Below, piece by piece: positions 33,825 to 44,438 of a DNA stretch of 64,000 nucleotides (its first letter is position 1; every line of letters starts with the position of its first letter). A model generated the notes under the pieces. That model was not told where the DNA came from. It saw only the letters and a list, made by a program, of their open reading frames with translations, and made no database searches. A program made the position numbers and the translations under genes. This DNA is from Gammaproteobacteria bacterium (GTDB taxonomy: Bacteria > Pseudomonadota > Gammaproteobacteria > Steroidobacterales > JABDKV01). The stretch spans positions 31,102-95,101 of the forward strand of contig JAOTXU010000005.1 in the NCBI GenBank assembly GCA_029862165.1. Reading direction: 5' to 3'.

Positions 33825-34460
33825 ATGTTGAAGAAGATCGCATTAACGGCAGCGGCCTTCGCCATGCTCACGATGACCACAACAGCTATGGCTGATCATG
33901 GCTGGTGGGACGACGAGGGTGACGACGACTACCGCGACAGCCGTTATGATTATAAAGACACTGGTTATGACGACGGTTATGTCTATGCCGAGGTAGTGGA
34001 TGTTGAACCGGTCTATCGTTATGTCAGGGTGCGCCAACCACAGCGGGAATGCTGGGATCAGCGTGTCCAGGACCGGCCACGCAGACAGTACCGTGAGACG
34101 GCCCCTGCGACCGTTACCGGCGGGCTGATTGGTGGTGTAATAGGCCGCCAGTTTGGTGATGGTCGAGGCCGCGATGCCATGACAATAGTGGGTACGTTGA
34201 TTGGTTCGGCGATGGGGCATGATGGTGCCGCTCGTCGCAACTATGAAGCTAACCATTATTACGATGATCACAGAGTACGGACGCGAACGGTCGAACGTTG
34301 TACAACGCGATATACGTCACGTGAAGAGCGCAGAATTGACGGTTATCATGTGACGTACGTTTACGCGGGTCGCGAGTACACGACGCGCACTTCGCGGCAG
34401 CCGAGGGATAGAATACGGGTGCGAGTAGCAGTAACACCGGCCCGGTCTGGACGTTACTGA
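33825..34460 (+). CDS. Glycine-zipper 2TM envelope protein (YcfJ-like)
   Basis: Signal peptide; YAEVVDVEPV, GGLIGGVIGRQFGDGRG, GYHVTYVY. Confidence 0.8.
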   Translation: MLKKIALTAAAFAMLTMTTTAMADHGWWDDEGDDDYRDSRYDYKDTGYDDGYVYAEVVDVEPVYRYVRVRQPQRECWDQRVQDRPRRQYRETAPATVTGGLIGGVIGRQFGDGRGRDAMTIVGTLIGSAMGHDGAARRNYEANHYYDDHRVRTRTVERCTTRYTSREERRIDGYHVTYVYAGREYTTRTSRQPRDRIRVRVAVTPARSGRY

Positions 34461-34471
34461 GGGCAACTGAA

Positions 34472-34756
34472 GTGAAACGGTTTCTTGTAAGCATTTTTCT
34501 GGGCACGTTGATGAGCCTGTCTCTGCTGACGCCGCTGACGGCGCAGGCGGAGAACGGCGTCATCCAGCTCGCTGCGCAGGAAAGATTCATATCGCTCGAT
34601 CAGGCGGTGGCACGCGTGCGCCGTCAGATCGATGGCGAAGTAATCAGCGCCAAGACCCGTTACGTAAATGACCGGCCGATACACTACGTCAAGGTCTACG
34701 ATCGGGGTCGCGTTCGCACAATTCGTGTGGACGCCCGCTCCGGTCGGATCATGTGA
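34472..34756 (+). CDS. PepSY-domain periplasmic protein
   Basis: Signal peptide; ISLDQAV...GEVISA...YVKV...VDARSG. Confidence 0.75.
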   Translation: MKRFLVSIFLGTLMSLSLLTPLTAQAENGVIQLAAQERFISLDQAVARVRRQIDGEVISAKTRYVNDRPIHYVKVYDRGRVRTIRVDARSGRIM

Positions 34757-34765
34757 GCGACTGAT

Positions 34766-35437
34766 ATGCGTTTACTGTTAGTTGAAGACGAACAGGTACT
34801 GAGAGAGTCACTCAGTACAGCTTTGAAAGACGCAGGCTTTGTGGTTGATGCCGTTGGCGACGGTGAAGAGGGTCTTTATTACGGCAAGGAATATCCAATC
34901 GATGTTGCCATTGTCGATCTTGGACTGCCGGCAATGTCTGGCATGGAATTGATTTCCGCCCTGCGTAAAGCCGAACGAAATTTCCCGATATTGATATTGA
35001 CAGCGCGTGACCGTTGGCAGGACAAGGTTAATGGACTTGAGTCCGGTGCAGACGATTACGTGGTCAAGCCTTTTCATACAGAAGAAGTGCTGGCCCGAAT
35101 TAATGCGTTGCTGCGGCGTCAGGGTGGCTGGGCCGATTCTGTTCTGCGTGCCGGACCGATCTCGCTCGATACCCGGGCACAACAGGTATCCGTCGAAGAC
35201 AGCAACGTCGATCTGACCTCCTACGAATATAAGGTGCTTGAGCATTTGATGATGAGCGCCGGCAAAGTCGTTTCCAAGACAGAACTGACTGAGAGTCTCT
35301 ACGAACAGGATTTTGAACGCGATAGTAATGTCATTGAAGTGTTTGTCGGGCGGTTACGGCGTAAGCTGGACCCGGCAAACACGATCAAACCGATCGAGAC
35401 CCTAAGGGGCAGGGGATACCGCTTTACACTGGAATGA
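34766..35437 (+). CDS. OmpR-family response regulator, PhoP-like
   Basis: LLVEDE, DLGLP, LTARDRWQDKV, GADDYVVKPF, SNVIEVFVGRLRRKL, ETLRGRGY. Confidence 0.9.
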   Translation: MRLLLVEDEQVLRESLSTALKDAGFVVDAVGDGEEGLYYGKEYPIDVAIVDLGLPAMSGMELISALRKAERNFPILILTARDRWQDKVNGLESGADDYVVKPFHTEEVLARINALLRRQGGWADSVLRAGPISLDTRAQQVSVEDSNVDLTSYEYKVLEHLMMSAGKVVSKTELTESLYEQDFERDSNVIEVFVGRLRRKLDPANTIKPIETLRGRGYRFTLE

Positions 35438-36792
35438 TGTCATCACTGAGCGCCCGTCTGTTACTTGCCGTCAGCCTGGTGCTGGCGGTTTTCTTTGGGG
35501 CAACAGTACTCGTCCTGGATTCTGTATTTAGAAACGCCGCCGAACGTGCGGTCGAAGCCCGGCTAGACGTACAGATTTTCCTGTTACTGGCCGAGGCCGA
35601 ACCCAATGCCCAGGCTACACTGGATCTGCCGGAAGATCTGCCCGAACCGCGTTTTAGTACCGCCGGTTCCGGTTTGTATGGTCAGATCAATTCCGCCGAT
35701 GGCGAGCCCATCTGGCGTTCCCAATCCACAGTCGGTACCGGTTTGCCGATGCAGCCTGGCGGTGGTCTGGGTGTCCATGAATTCAACCGTACGCAACTTT
35801 CCGATGGCAGGCCGGTGTTCCTGCACACGCTAAATGTCGAATGGGAGTTTGAAGACGGCAGCGCTGCCGGTTATCAGTTTGGTGTCGCCGAAAGTCTGGA
35901 ACCTTTTGTCGATCAGATGCGTCGCTACCGGCGTCAGTTGTTTGGCTGGTTTGCCGGTCTGGCCGTGGCTCTGGTCCTGACTCTGGGTGTATTGCTGCGT
36001 TGGGTGTTATCGCCATTGCGCCAGATCGAACGTGAAATCAGCGAAGTAGAAAGCGGGATGCATCCACAACTCAGCGAAAACTATCCCAGTGAACTTCAGG
36101 GGCTGACAAAAAACACCAATAAGCTGATCCGGGCTGAGCGTACACGTCTACAACGGTACCGAAATACATTGGGAAACCTCGCGCATTCGCTCAAGACGCC
36201 GTTGGCGGTAATCCGCAGCTCGATTGAAGGCGCGGATCGTGACAGCGCAGAAATCGATGCTCAATTGAACCGTATGGATGAGATTATCGGTTATCAGTTG
36301 AATCGTGCCGCGACTTCAGGTGGCGTGACACTGGGCAGCAAACCGGTTGACGTGACCGAGGTTGTCGGCAGCATCGTGCGGTCGCTGGACAAGGTTTATG
36401 CCGACAAAGCGCCGGTGACCGAGCAGAGAATATCGCCACAGTCTTTGTATTTCGGCGACAGGGGAGACCTCACCGAGATCATGGGTAATTTGCTCGACAA
36501 TGCCTTCAAGTATTGCCAGCAGCGACTGCGTGTTTCAGCCCAGGCAATCGACGTTGATGCGGCACGACGGCCGGGCGTGCATTTAATCGTCGAAGACGAT
36601 GGCGCGGGAATAGCACAGGCTGACGCACAACTGGTCTTTGATCGTGGCGTACGTATCGATGAACGTGCCGACGGGCAGGGGATCGGCTTGGCCGTTGTAC
36701 GTGAAATCGTAGAACTGTGCGGTGGCACCCTGGAGATCAGTGATTCCGATCTGGGTGGTGCGAGCATCACGGTTAAGTTCCCCTCGAACTGA
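35434..36792 (+). CDS. Sensor histidine kinase, PhoQ-like
   Basis: Two TMs, HAMP, LAHSLKTPL H-box, GNLLDNAFK, EDDGAG, GIGLA. Confidence 0.9.
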   Translation: MMSSLSARLLLAVSLVLAVFFGATVLVLDSVFRNAAERAVEARLDVQIFLLLAEAEPNAQATLDLPEDLPEPRFSTAGSGLYGQINSADGEPIWRSQSTVGTGLPMQPGGGLGVHEFNRTQLSDGRPVFLHTLNVEWEFEDGSAAGYQFGVAESLEPFVDQMRRYRRQLFGWFAGLAVALVLTLGVLLRWVLSPLRQIEREISEVESGMHPQLSENYPSELQGLTKNTNKLIRAERTRLQRYRNTLGNLAHSLKTPLAVIRSSIEGADRDSAEIDAQLNRMDEIIGYQLNRAATSGGVTLGSKPVDVTEVVGSIVRSLDKVYADKAPVTEQRISPQSLYFGDRGDLTEIMGNLLDNAFKYCQQRLRVSAQAIDVDAARRPGVHLIVEDDGAGIAQADAQLVFDRGVRIDERADGQGIGLAVVREIVELCGGTLEISDSDLGGASITVKFPSN

Positions 36793-36833
36793 CGCCAGCG
36801 GCATCATGCCGCGATATTTGTCCGAGCGGCAGG

Positions 36834-37553
36834 TCAGGAATGCGTTATCGGTTCCTGGATCTTCCAACCCCTGGCCAAAAGCCAAAGCATAAAGATTATT
36901 TCGCCGACAAATGTGATCATGATGAATCCAACGTCGGCATTGGGATACAGGTAGGGGCTCAAAACATAGATCAGCCAGCCCAACCCGGCGATTGTCAATA
37001 AAATGCCCAGTATCCTGGGGATATAGCCAGACCGGTACACGAGATAACCCAGCAAACCAAGATGGATCGCGAAAAGTATCAGGCCGATGTTCCATTCGTA
37101 TCGAAACGAATTCAGCAGAAGTTTAACGTGGGCATGCAGCTGATCGGAGCCAAAGACCGCCACGTAGTCGGCGGTATTCGAAATGCGAAAAACGGTCACC
37201 AGCTTTAACAGGGCAACGAAGCCGATCGCTGTATAGACCAACCTGAACCACGCGGTAAGCAATGACAACGCTCGATTGACCGGGACGAGGAGAAAATAGA
37301 GCGCCCACGCAACGATCAAATCACAGATAAAGACGGCCAGGTAGGCAAAAATCGCGGCAAGAACAAGTCCGTGGTTCGCTGCAATGTTCTGAGTGGTTTG
37401 TACGATGTCTCCCGGAACAACGATCTTCTTGTAGACAAAAAATTCGGCAAAGGGGGCTGCAATTGTCATGATCAGCAGGCCCAGGCCGGCGACCAGCGCC
37501 GCCTGGCGCAATGAAATTCCCAGATCATGAACTGCTGGATTAACGGAGCTCAC
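36834..37553 (-). CDS. DUF4386-like membrane protein
   Basis: About six TMs; DLIVAWALY, YRSGYIPRILG, GEIIFMLWLL. Confidence 0.75.
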   Translation of the reverse strand: MSSVNPAVHDLGISLRQAALVAGLGLLIMTIAAPFAEFFVYKKIVVPGDIVQTTQNIAANHGLVLAAIFAYLAVFICDLIVAWALYFLLVPVNRALSLLTAWFRLVYTAIGFVALLKLVTVFRISNTADYVAVFGSDQLHAHVKLLLNSFRYEWNIGLILFAIHLGLLGYLVYRSGYIPRILGILLTIAGLGWLIYVLSPYLYPNADVGFIMITFVGEIIFMLWLLARGWKIQEPITHS

Positions 37554-37661
37554 TTTTAATTACACGTTAATGGCGGGTATCAAATCTGGTCCAGCGCGAG
37601 ATCTCACTTGTAGTGAGAATCAGGATCGCAGCGATTACTGCCTTTGCGTCAGCTACTACGG

Positions 37662-38411
37662 CTAGGACAGCTTCTTGAACAATGGCTCAATAAGATCCAG
37701 CGGCAACGGGAATACTATTGTTGAATTGTTTTCACCGGCAATCTCGGTGAGTGTCTGCATATAGCGCAACTGGATCGCCTGCGGCTCACCGGTCAGAATA
37801 TTTGCTGCTGCAGATAGTTTCGTCGCCGCCTGTTCCTCACCCTCAGCATGAATCACCTTGGCACGTCTCGTTCGTTCGGCCTCGGCCTGTTTGGCAATAG
37901 CACGAATCATGCTCTCGTCCAGATCGATATGTTTGATCTCGACATTGGAGACTTTGATACCCCAGGCATCGGTCTGCTTGTCCAGTATCTGTTGCAGATC
38001 GTGGTTGAGTTTCTCGCGTTCGGACAGCATCTCGTCCAGATCATGCTGACCGAGCACAGAACGCAAAGTCGTCTGGGCCAGCTGGCTGGTTGCGACAAAG
38101 GGCTCGGCGACCTGGGTTACCGCACGCTCCGGGTCGAGTATCCGGAAATAAATGACCGCATTGACCTTTACCGAGACGTTGTCCCGTGAAATTACGTCCT
38201 GTGTGGGCACATCCATGACCTCCACACGCAGACCGACCTTGATCATTTGCTGGATGATCGGTATGACAAAGATCAGACCAGGTCCTTTGACCTTCTTGTA
38301 GCGGCCCAGTTGCAAAATAACACCGCGCTCCCACTCTTTGAGAATCTTGATCGCGCTGAACAGGAATAGCAGCAGTACTGCTACGACAATAATTACCGGT
38401 GTAAATGACAT
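37662..38411 (-). CDS. SPFH/band-7 (stomatin/slipin) protein
   Basis: [42 protein letters not shown]. Confidence 0.92.
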   Translation of the reverse strand: MSFTPVIIVVAVLLLFLFSAIKILKEWERGVILQLGRYKKVKGPGLIFVIPIIQQMIKVGLRVEVMDVPTQDVISRDNVSVKVNAVIYFRILDPERAVTQVAEPFVATSQLAQTTLRSVLGQHDLDEMLSEREKLNHDLQQILDKQTDAWGIKVSNVEIKHIDLDESMIRAIAKQAEAERTRRAKVIHAEGEEQAATKLSAAANILTGEPQAIQLRYMQTLTEIAGENNSTIVFPLPLDLIEPLFKKLS

Positions 38412-39799
38412 TAGCTTTTTCCCCCACCCGGGTAGTGTTCCACCTCGAGCTGTAGACCGTTTATTGCAACAATTTTGACAGTGTCACCACGTTGTATTGC
38501 GTGGGCAGAGCGTGCCGTCCAGTTTTCACCATGTACGAATACCGTTCCCTTCCCATCGAAATCAGAGACCGCCTCGGCTAGCGAACCAACTAGTTCCTGC
38601 TGGCCGGTCACCACCGGCATCTGCCGTGCACGCACCGCGAACCAGACGATTGCCATGACCAGGCTGCCACCCAGTGCCGCAATCGTACCGATCAAAGCAC
38701 GGTCCACCCCGAATCCAGGCACGTCCGTATCCATGAGAATAATTGAGCCGACGACAAAAGCGATAATGCCGCCTATCCCCAACGCGCCAAAACTTGGTAC
38801 AAATATCTCGGACACCATCAGGATCAGTCCAAGCAGAATCAAACCCAGACCCGCGTAATTCACCGACAGGATCTGAAAGGCATATAGCGCCATCAACAGA
38901 CAGATCGCGCCGACTACACCCGGAACTATCGCACCGGGGTTATAGCCTTCAAACATCAGGCCATAAATGCCAATCAGCATCAGAAAATACGCCACGGTCG
39001 GATCGGTCAGTGTTGCCAGCAATCTGGTGCGCCAGTCCGGCTCGATACGCTCTATCACCAGTCCTTTCGTATCGAGGGTTTTGTCTACACCGCCGACATC
39101 GACTACACGACCGTCGATTTGTTCGAGTAAATCGGTCAGATTGTCTGCCGTCAGATCGACGACATTCTTCTCAACTGCTTCGTTGGCCGATAAACTCACC
39201 GCATTGCGCACGGCATCTTCGGCCCAATCGGCATTGCGGCCACGCAATTCTGCAAGTCCGCGTATGTAGGCAACCATATCGTTGATGCCCTTGCGCTCCA
39301 GTGTGGTTGACGGGTCAGGCGCGTCGTCTTTTGTTTCACCATTTTCGTCGTCATCGGCCTCGTCGGGTTTTTCCTGCGGCGCACCAGGAGCACCACCCGG
39401 GCTGACCGGAGTTGCGGCGCCGAGGTTTGTTGCAGGTGCCATCGCAGCGATATGGCTGGCATAAAGTATGTAAGTGCCGGCGCTGGCGGCACGCGAGCCG
39501 CTTGGGGAGACGTAAGTGACCACCGGTATCGGCGAGCTCAAAATGGCCTTGATAATGTCCCGCGTCGAGGCAACCAGACCACCCGGTGTATCCATCACGA
39601 GTACAATCAAACCTGCGCCTTCGTCTTCTGCCTGTTCGACGCCACGTACAAAATAGTCACTGGTGGCCGGGCCTATTGCGCCGTCGATCGTCAGCAATGC
39701 CAGCACACGGTCGTCTTCGGAGGTGGTGGCTATGCCAGACAATCCAATCAGGCCCACACCCAGAGCCAACGCCAGTCCAATGCTTCGGATTGAATTCAT
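38411..39799 (-). CDS. nfeD: NfeD long-form membrane serine protease
   Basis: [26 protein letters not shown]-terminal OB-like domain; coupled to SPFH gene. Confidence 0.88.
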   Translation of the reverse strand: MNSIRSIGLALALGVGLIGLSGIATTSEDDRVLALLTIDGAIGPATSDYFVRGVEQAEDEGAGLIVLVMDTPGGLVASTRDIIKAILSSPIPVVTYVSPSGSRAASAGTYILYASHIAAMAPATNLGAATPVSPGGAPGAPQEKPDEADDDENGETKDDAPDPSTTLERKGINDMVAYIRGLAELRGRNADWAEDAVRNAVSLSANEAVEKNVVDLTADNLTDLLEQIDGRVVDVGGVDKTLDTKGLVIERIEPDWRTRLLATLTDPTVAYFLMLIGIYGLMFEGYNPGAIVPGVVGAICLLMALYAFQILSVNYAGLGLILLGLILMVSEIFVPSFGALGIGGIIAFVVGSIILMDTDVPGFGVDRALIGTIAALGGSLVMAIVWFAVRARQMPVVTGQQELVGSLAEAVSDFDGKGTVFVHGENWTARSAHAIQRGDTVKIVAINGLQLEVEHYPGGGKS

Positions 39800-39873
39800 G
39801 CCTACATCATAGCAAAGGCGACGGCGTACCTGTTCCAGGCGGTTATACTGCGTTGATCTTATGGGGGAACTTA

Positions 39874-42549
39874 ATGAGTAGACGAATTCTGCTTTTTGCC
39901 ATCATTTGTCTCGGTGGCTGCGGCACAGTCGAAGCTCCGGGGCCGGCGGAGCTACGAAAGTCGGACAATGTGCCGACCGGCCGCCTATCGCACACGGTAG
40001 TCCCGGTGGCTTATGCGCTGAATCTGACGCTGGTCCCGGAACGCGAAACCTTTAGTGGCTACGTCACGATTGACGTAGACATTCGTGAACGGTTGAAAAC
40101 ATTCTACTTGCATGCGTCTGGGTTGCAGGTCAGCGAAGCGCGCTTGCGGCTAGCCGATGGACAGGTGCTCGAAGCAACATTTCACGTTACTAATGTTGCA
40201 GGTGTGGCAGAAATTGCCTTACCCCGTTTGGTCGAGCAACAAAGGGCACGTCTGGAAATCGCATATGAGGCGCGGTTTGGCGAGCAACTGAAAGGGCTCT
40301 ATCGGGTGCGCGATGGCGGAGAGTTCTACGCGTTCACCCAGTTTGAGCCCGTCAGCGCACGTGAGGCTTTTCCGTGTTTCGACGAGCCGGTGTTCAAGAC
40401 GCCATTTGAGGTCACTTTGAATGTTGCGCCTGGTCACGCCGCGATTGCATCCATGCCGGAAGTCGAACGCATGCCATTGGAAAACGGATTGCAACGTATC
40501 CGTTTTGGCAAGACGCCGCCATTACCGACATATCTCATTGCATTCGCTGTTGGGCCGCTCGATGTCGTCGCGGCTCCGGACATCCCTACGACGGCGCAAC
40601 GCAGCGTGCCCTTGCCTTTGCGAGGAATCGCCGCGAGCGGGAAGGGGGGTCGACTGGGACATGCATTGGGCACGACACCTGAGCTGTTGGCGCTGCTGGA
40701 GGCGTACTTTGATACTGCCCATCCGTATCCGAAGCTGGATATTCTTGCAGTGCCCGATTTTGCTTCCGGTGCAATGGAAAATGTCGGCGCGATTACCTAT
40801 CGAGAGAGTCTGTTGTTACTCGGCGACGACGCGCCCGTACTACAACGACGCCGACATGCGCTCGTGCATGCTCACGAAATAGCGCATCAGTGGTTTGGCA
40901 ATCTGGTCACCATGCCGTGGTGGGACGATATCTGGCTCAACGAGGCCTTTGCGACCTGGATGGCCTACAAGACAGTCGCGCAATGGAACCCGGAGCATCG
41001 GGCCGGCATGTCGCGACTGGTTCGGCTCAACGCAGCAATGAAAGAAGACGCGCTGACTACGGCGCGCCAGATACGTCAGCCGGTCACTACCAATCACGAC
41101 ATCGAGAATGCTTTCGACGGCATCACCTATAGTAAGGGCGGTGCCGTACTGAGCATGTTCGAAAGATATCTGGGCGAGGAGAGCTTTCGCGATGCGATGC
41201 GTTTTCACCTGCGGCAGTTTGCACACCGCAATGCAGACGTGAACGATTTCATTGATTCCGTTGTACGCACGGGGGGTGATCAGGTCGGTGACGCATTTCG
41301 GTCTTTCTTGTTCCAACCCGGCATTCCCATGCTGGCTATGAACCTGGATTGCAGCACTACACCGACGGTCACGATCGGGCAGACCAAGTTCAAACCCATC
41401 GGCTCCGAGGCCAAAGCCACGCAAGGGTGGATGGTCCCGGTTTGTATGCGTTACGGCAACAATGACGAGCAGCATGAAAGCTGCAAACTGGTGGGGCCCG
41501 AAACTACGACGTTGCCCCTATCGATGGATCATTGTCCTACCTGGTTTTTGCCCAATGCCGACTTCGCTGGCTATTTTCACTGGGTCATGCCGGCGTCTGC
41601 CTATCCCGGGTTGATTGCCGCTGAAGCCCACTTGTCCGCAATAGAACAAATGTCGATTGTTGACAGCATCAACGCGGCACTGGCTGCGGGAAGCATGTCT
41701 GTGGGCGACGCCGCGACATTGCTGGAGATGATCGCCAAGTCGGAACGACCACAAGTTGCGTTGGCAGCAAAAAACTTTATCGAATACACCCGTGATTATC
41801 TGGTGGTCGGTGAGGAAACACGCAACGGATTGGTTGCTTACGTGGAAAAACTATATGGCGATCTTCCTGCCGTCGAGGCGTTCAAACCGGATTACATGAA
41901 GGAGTTGCCGAGCGACTCGCTTCGTCTGTTTCTGGTGGATGTTGCAGAGTTGCAGGCGTGGTCGCAGGATGAGGCGGTCCGCAATACGGCAACCCATCGG
42001 GCCAGGCAGTGGATCGCCGGTCATGAAGACAGCCTGGCGCCCAGCAGCATCGAGCTGGCATTGCGTGTGGCCATTGCAGATACCGGGGAAGAGGCCATTG
42101 CACCGCTGCTGGAGCGTTTTGAAAATAGCCGTGACGGGCATGAAAGAAAGACTATTCTGGCTGCGATTGCCCGTGTTACCGATCCGAAGCTGGCTGCACG
42201 GGTCCGGAATATGGCTCTCGGAAAGAGTCTTCGGGTCAATGAGATACGAGGCTTTCTTATAAATCACATTAAGGAGTTGGCCAATCGACCGGCCACCTGG
42301 GTATGGCTCCAACAAAACTTTGATGCGCTGATTAGTCGGTTGCCACCACGGGATGCCGGTCGCCTGCCGGCTGAGATTGCTGGCCGTCTATGTGATGAGA
42401 CTGTGGCAACGGAAGTGGAAGCTTATCTGGCGCCCAGAATGTCCGATCTGACGGGCGGTCCGCGAAACATCGCCAAGGCGGTGGAAACGATAAGACTCTG
42501 TGCGCGGCGGGCCGAGGTGCAACGGCCGCAGGCAGACGAATTTTTCTAA
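39874..42549 (+). CDS. M1 family aminopeptidase lipoprotein (ERAP1-like C-terminus)
   Basis: LGGC lipobox; TQFE, FPCFDEP, GAMEN, HEIAH...WLNE, YSKG. Confidence 0.92.
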   Translation: MSRRILLFAIICLGGCGTVEAPGPAELRKSDNVPTGRLSHTVVPVAYALNLTLVPERETFSGYVTIDVDIRERLKTFYLHASGLQVSEARLRLADGQVLEATFHVTNVAGVAEIALPRLVEQQRARLEIAYEARFGEQLKGLYRVRDGGEFYAFTQFEPVSAREAFPCFDEPVFKTPFEVTLNVAPGHAAIASMPEVERMPLENGLQRIRFGKTPPLPTYLIAFAVGPLDVVAAPDIPTTAQRSVPLPLRGIAASGKGGRLGHALGTTPELLALLEAYFDTAHPYPKLDILAVPDFASGAMENVGAITYRESLLLLGDDAPVLQRRRHALVHAHEIAHQWFGNLVTMPWWDDIWLNEAFATWMAYKTVAQWNPEHRAGMSRLVRLNAAMKEDALTTARQIRQPVTTNHDIENAFDGITYSKGGAVLSMFERYLGEESFRDAMRFHLRQFAHRNADVNDFIDSVVRTGGDQVGDAFRSFLFQPGIPMLAMNLDCSTTPTVTIGQTKFKPIGSEAKATQGWMVPVCMRYGNNDEQHESCKLVGPETTTLPLSMDHCPTWFLPNADFAGYFHWVMPASAYPGLIAAEAHLSAIEQMSIVDSINAALAAGSMSVGDAATLLEMIAKSERPQVALAAKNFIEYTRDYLVVGEETRNGLVAYVEKLYGDLPAVEAFKPDYMKELPSDSLRLFLVDVAELQAWSQDEAVRNTATHRARQWIAGHEDSLAPSSIELALRVAIADTGEEAIAPLLERFENSRDGHERKTILAAIARVTDPKLAARVRNMALGKSLRVNEIRGFLINHIKELANRPATWVWLQQNFDALISRLPPRDAGRLPAEIAGRLCDETVATEVEAYLAPRMSDLTGGPRNIAKAVETIRLCARRAEVQRPQADEFF

Positions 42550-42623
42550 AAGTTTGCTGATCTCGCCGGGGGCGACACCGCCGCGGACCGACGGCGGATA
42601 AAACCGCCGCCGGCCCTCAGGTA

Positions 42624-44078
42624 TCAGGCTGGCGGAGAAACGATAATAACGCTTGCGTCGATGCAGCCGTCGATATCTTCGGTCCCGTAAACGTCTGCCG
42701 GTGAACCGGCAATCACGTCGCCCAATTCGATTGAGTTGGTGAGGCTTGTCTCGTCGCCGACCGTAATCTCGAAAATGCCGGTGTCGTCGTCGAGCCGCAC
42801 ACAACGATCGCCGTCGTCCGTCGACAGGGTCAGGCCGGCATTGGCCACATCCACCGTAAGGACTTCACCGCTCAGCATAATCTCGTCGTCGTCACCCATG
42901 CCGTCTTCGGACATGAGATCAAGGACTACATAGGCTGCACGCAGCGTGTCGGTGGAATCGCCACTCAGAGCGACCACGCCTTCGACGAGGGCGATGATGT
43001 CGGGTTGTATCTGATCGGCGCCGACCGGCTCGCCGTCGTCATCGACCACGTGCGTACCCGGCTGCAGCTCCACGGAAATTGTCGAGCCGTCTGCGAAGCC
43101 CTGTCCCGGTGCGATCAGAAAATCGAAACGGTTATCCGCGTCGACCGCGCTCAGGACGGTTCCTTCAAGACGCTCAAATGTGCCCGGCGGCCCGATGGTG
43201 ACAACATCCGCGACAAAGAGCCTGCCGTCGTCGCCGAATTCGTCATCCATGGCAAAACGACCGATCACGGTTACTTGATCTCCCACCTGGAGATCCACAA
43301 ATGCGGCGGCGTTACCGTCGCTGTCGAAAATACCGGTCTCGTCGTCGATCACTACCGTCACACAATGAGCCGTCCGGCCATCCATTAAGGCATTGTCATC
43401 CGACGATGAACTTGGGCGCTGCTGGCACACTTCCATGGTGCTGTTGGCCTCGTCGATGGCCGTGATCTCACCGTTGATCCTGACGTTCTTGCCGTCGAAG
43501 CGGTCGGAAAGGACATCGACAAAGACCACGGGACGGAAGCGATACCGTCCATTTCCGGTCATATGAATTGACCGGCGCGCATCCATGTCGAGCTGCAACA
43601 TCAGGTGGTCTCCCCCGGCAACTTCGAAAGAGCCGCGAGGATTGAGGTCAATTTTGCCGTTGGCTGGCAGACTTGGATGAATTGATTCCACGACATTGCC
43701 ATCTTCGTCGAGACCAACCAGTTCAAGGTCGGAAATGCGGAGCCGAATCTTGTCATAGGTGCCGGCATCAATATCGTCGGCAACGACAAACAAATCGGAG
43801 AAGTTTTCGAGCTGTAGCAAATCAACAGTCTCGCTGCCCTCGAACAGGGTCTGCGGATCGCTGCCTCCCAGGAGCTGGATTGATGAAATCGTGACATTGA
43901 TCTCGTCAAAGTGATCGCTGGGGGCGTCCGTAAGGAGCACGGTCACAGTCGCCTTTTCTACCGGAGGCGGCGCCAATTCAACGGGAAGTTCGGTTGTTGA
44001 CCCACCACCACCACCACAGCCGTTGATAGCCAGCAAAACAGTCAAACCGATTGCGGTCAAAGGAAGTCGTCTATTCAT
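42624..44078 (-). CDS. Acidic lipoprotein with DUF4382-like domain and repeated OB-like (DUF5666-like) modules
   Basis: INGC-GGGGG; LLTDAP, GTYDKIRL, LDMDARRS, FRPV; three repeats of G.V..VD...T.I...L..G..V.V.G. Confidence 0.65.
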   Translation of the reverse strand: MNRRLPLTAIGLTVLLAINGCGGGGGSTTELPVELAPPPVEKATVTVLLTDAPSDHFDEINVTISSIQLLGGSDPQTLFEGSETVDLLQLENFSDLFVVADDIDAGTYDKIRLRISDLELVGLDEDGNVVESIHPSLPANGKIDLNPRGSFEVAGGDHLMLQLDMDARRSIHMTGNGRYRFRPVVFVDVLSDRFDGKNVRINGEITAIDEANSTMEVCQQRPSSSSDDNALMDGRTAHCVTVVIDDETGIFDSDGNAAAFVDLQVGDQVTVIGRFAMDDEFGDDGRLFVADVVTIGPPGTFERLEGTVLSAVDADNRFDFLIAPGQGFADGSTISVELQPGTHVVDDDGEPVGADQIQPDIIALVEGVVALSGDSTDTLRAAYVVLDLMSEDGMGDDDEIMLSGEVLTVDVANAGLTLSTDDGDRCVRLDDDTGIFEITVGDETSLTNSIELGDVIAGSPADVYGTEDIDGCIDASVIIVSPPA

Positions 44079-44438
44079 TTTAATGTGCGTCCAAAAGTTG
44101 ATCCGCAAAGATTACAGGCAAGTCGGTTATCGGGCTAGCCGATAGTTAACATAACGACTGTCTGGTGTGTGTTATCGGATGAGAGTCAGCGAGGGCTAGA
44201 TCATGCGGCGACATTACTGCCCCCGATTACCTGAATATGGCTTCCTGCGTGCTTCAACACGAGACCATAGACGGAACTTGTTAACTTTTGTCGCCGCGCC
44301 TCGACGCTGACAGACGTGACTGGTCCCGCCGGACTAGATACCGATTAGTTCTTGCGACCCATCTCCTGACGGAATCCCGCCATGCCGGTTGCAAGTGAAC
44401 TTTTATCAGATCGAATCTGGATCCGTACCACTAGTGGT

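Noticed and set aside
39586-39873. Long N-terminal extensions in the ORF track (M1 peptidase; also tatD to 10376, ALDH to 48313, uvrC from 56899)
   Set aside because: They overlap neighbouring genes; downstream starts give family-typical N-termini
42565-42615. GC-rich hairpins between convergent genes
   Set aside because: Single copy with no T tail; most likely ordinary 3' end structure
44086-44116. Second copy of the ECF promoter upstream of the DUF4382-like gene (TGTAATCTTTG...GGACGCA)
   Set aside because: The spacing differs by about 6 nt from the ECF-proximal motif
44170-44350. 6S RNA or hammerhead ribozyme identity for the rod structure
   Set aside because: No 6S conserved segments or zapA/ygfA context; CGGATGA is not the CUGAUGA core and no matching GAAA was seen
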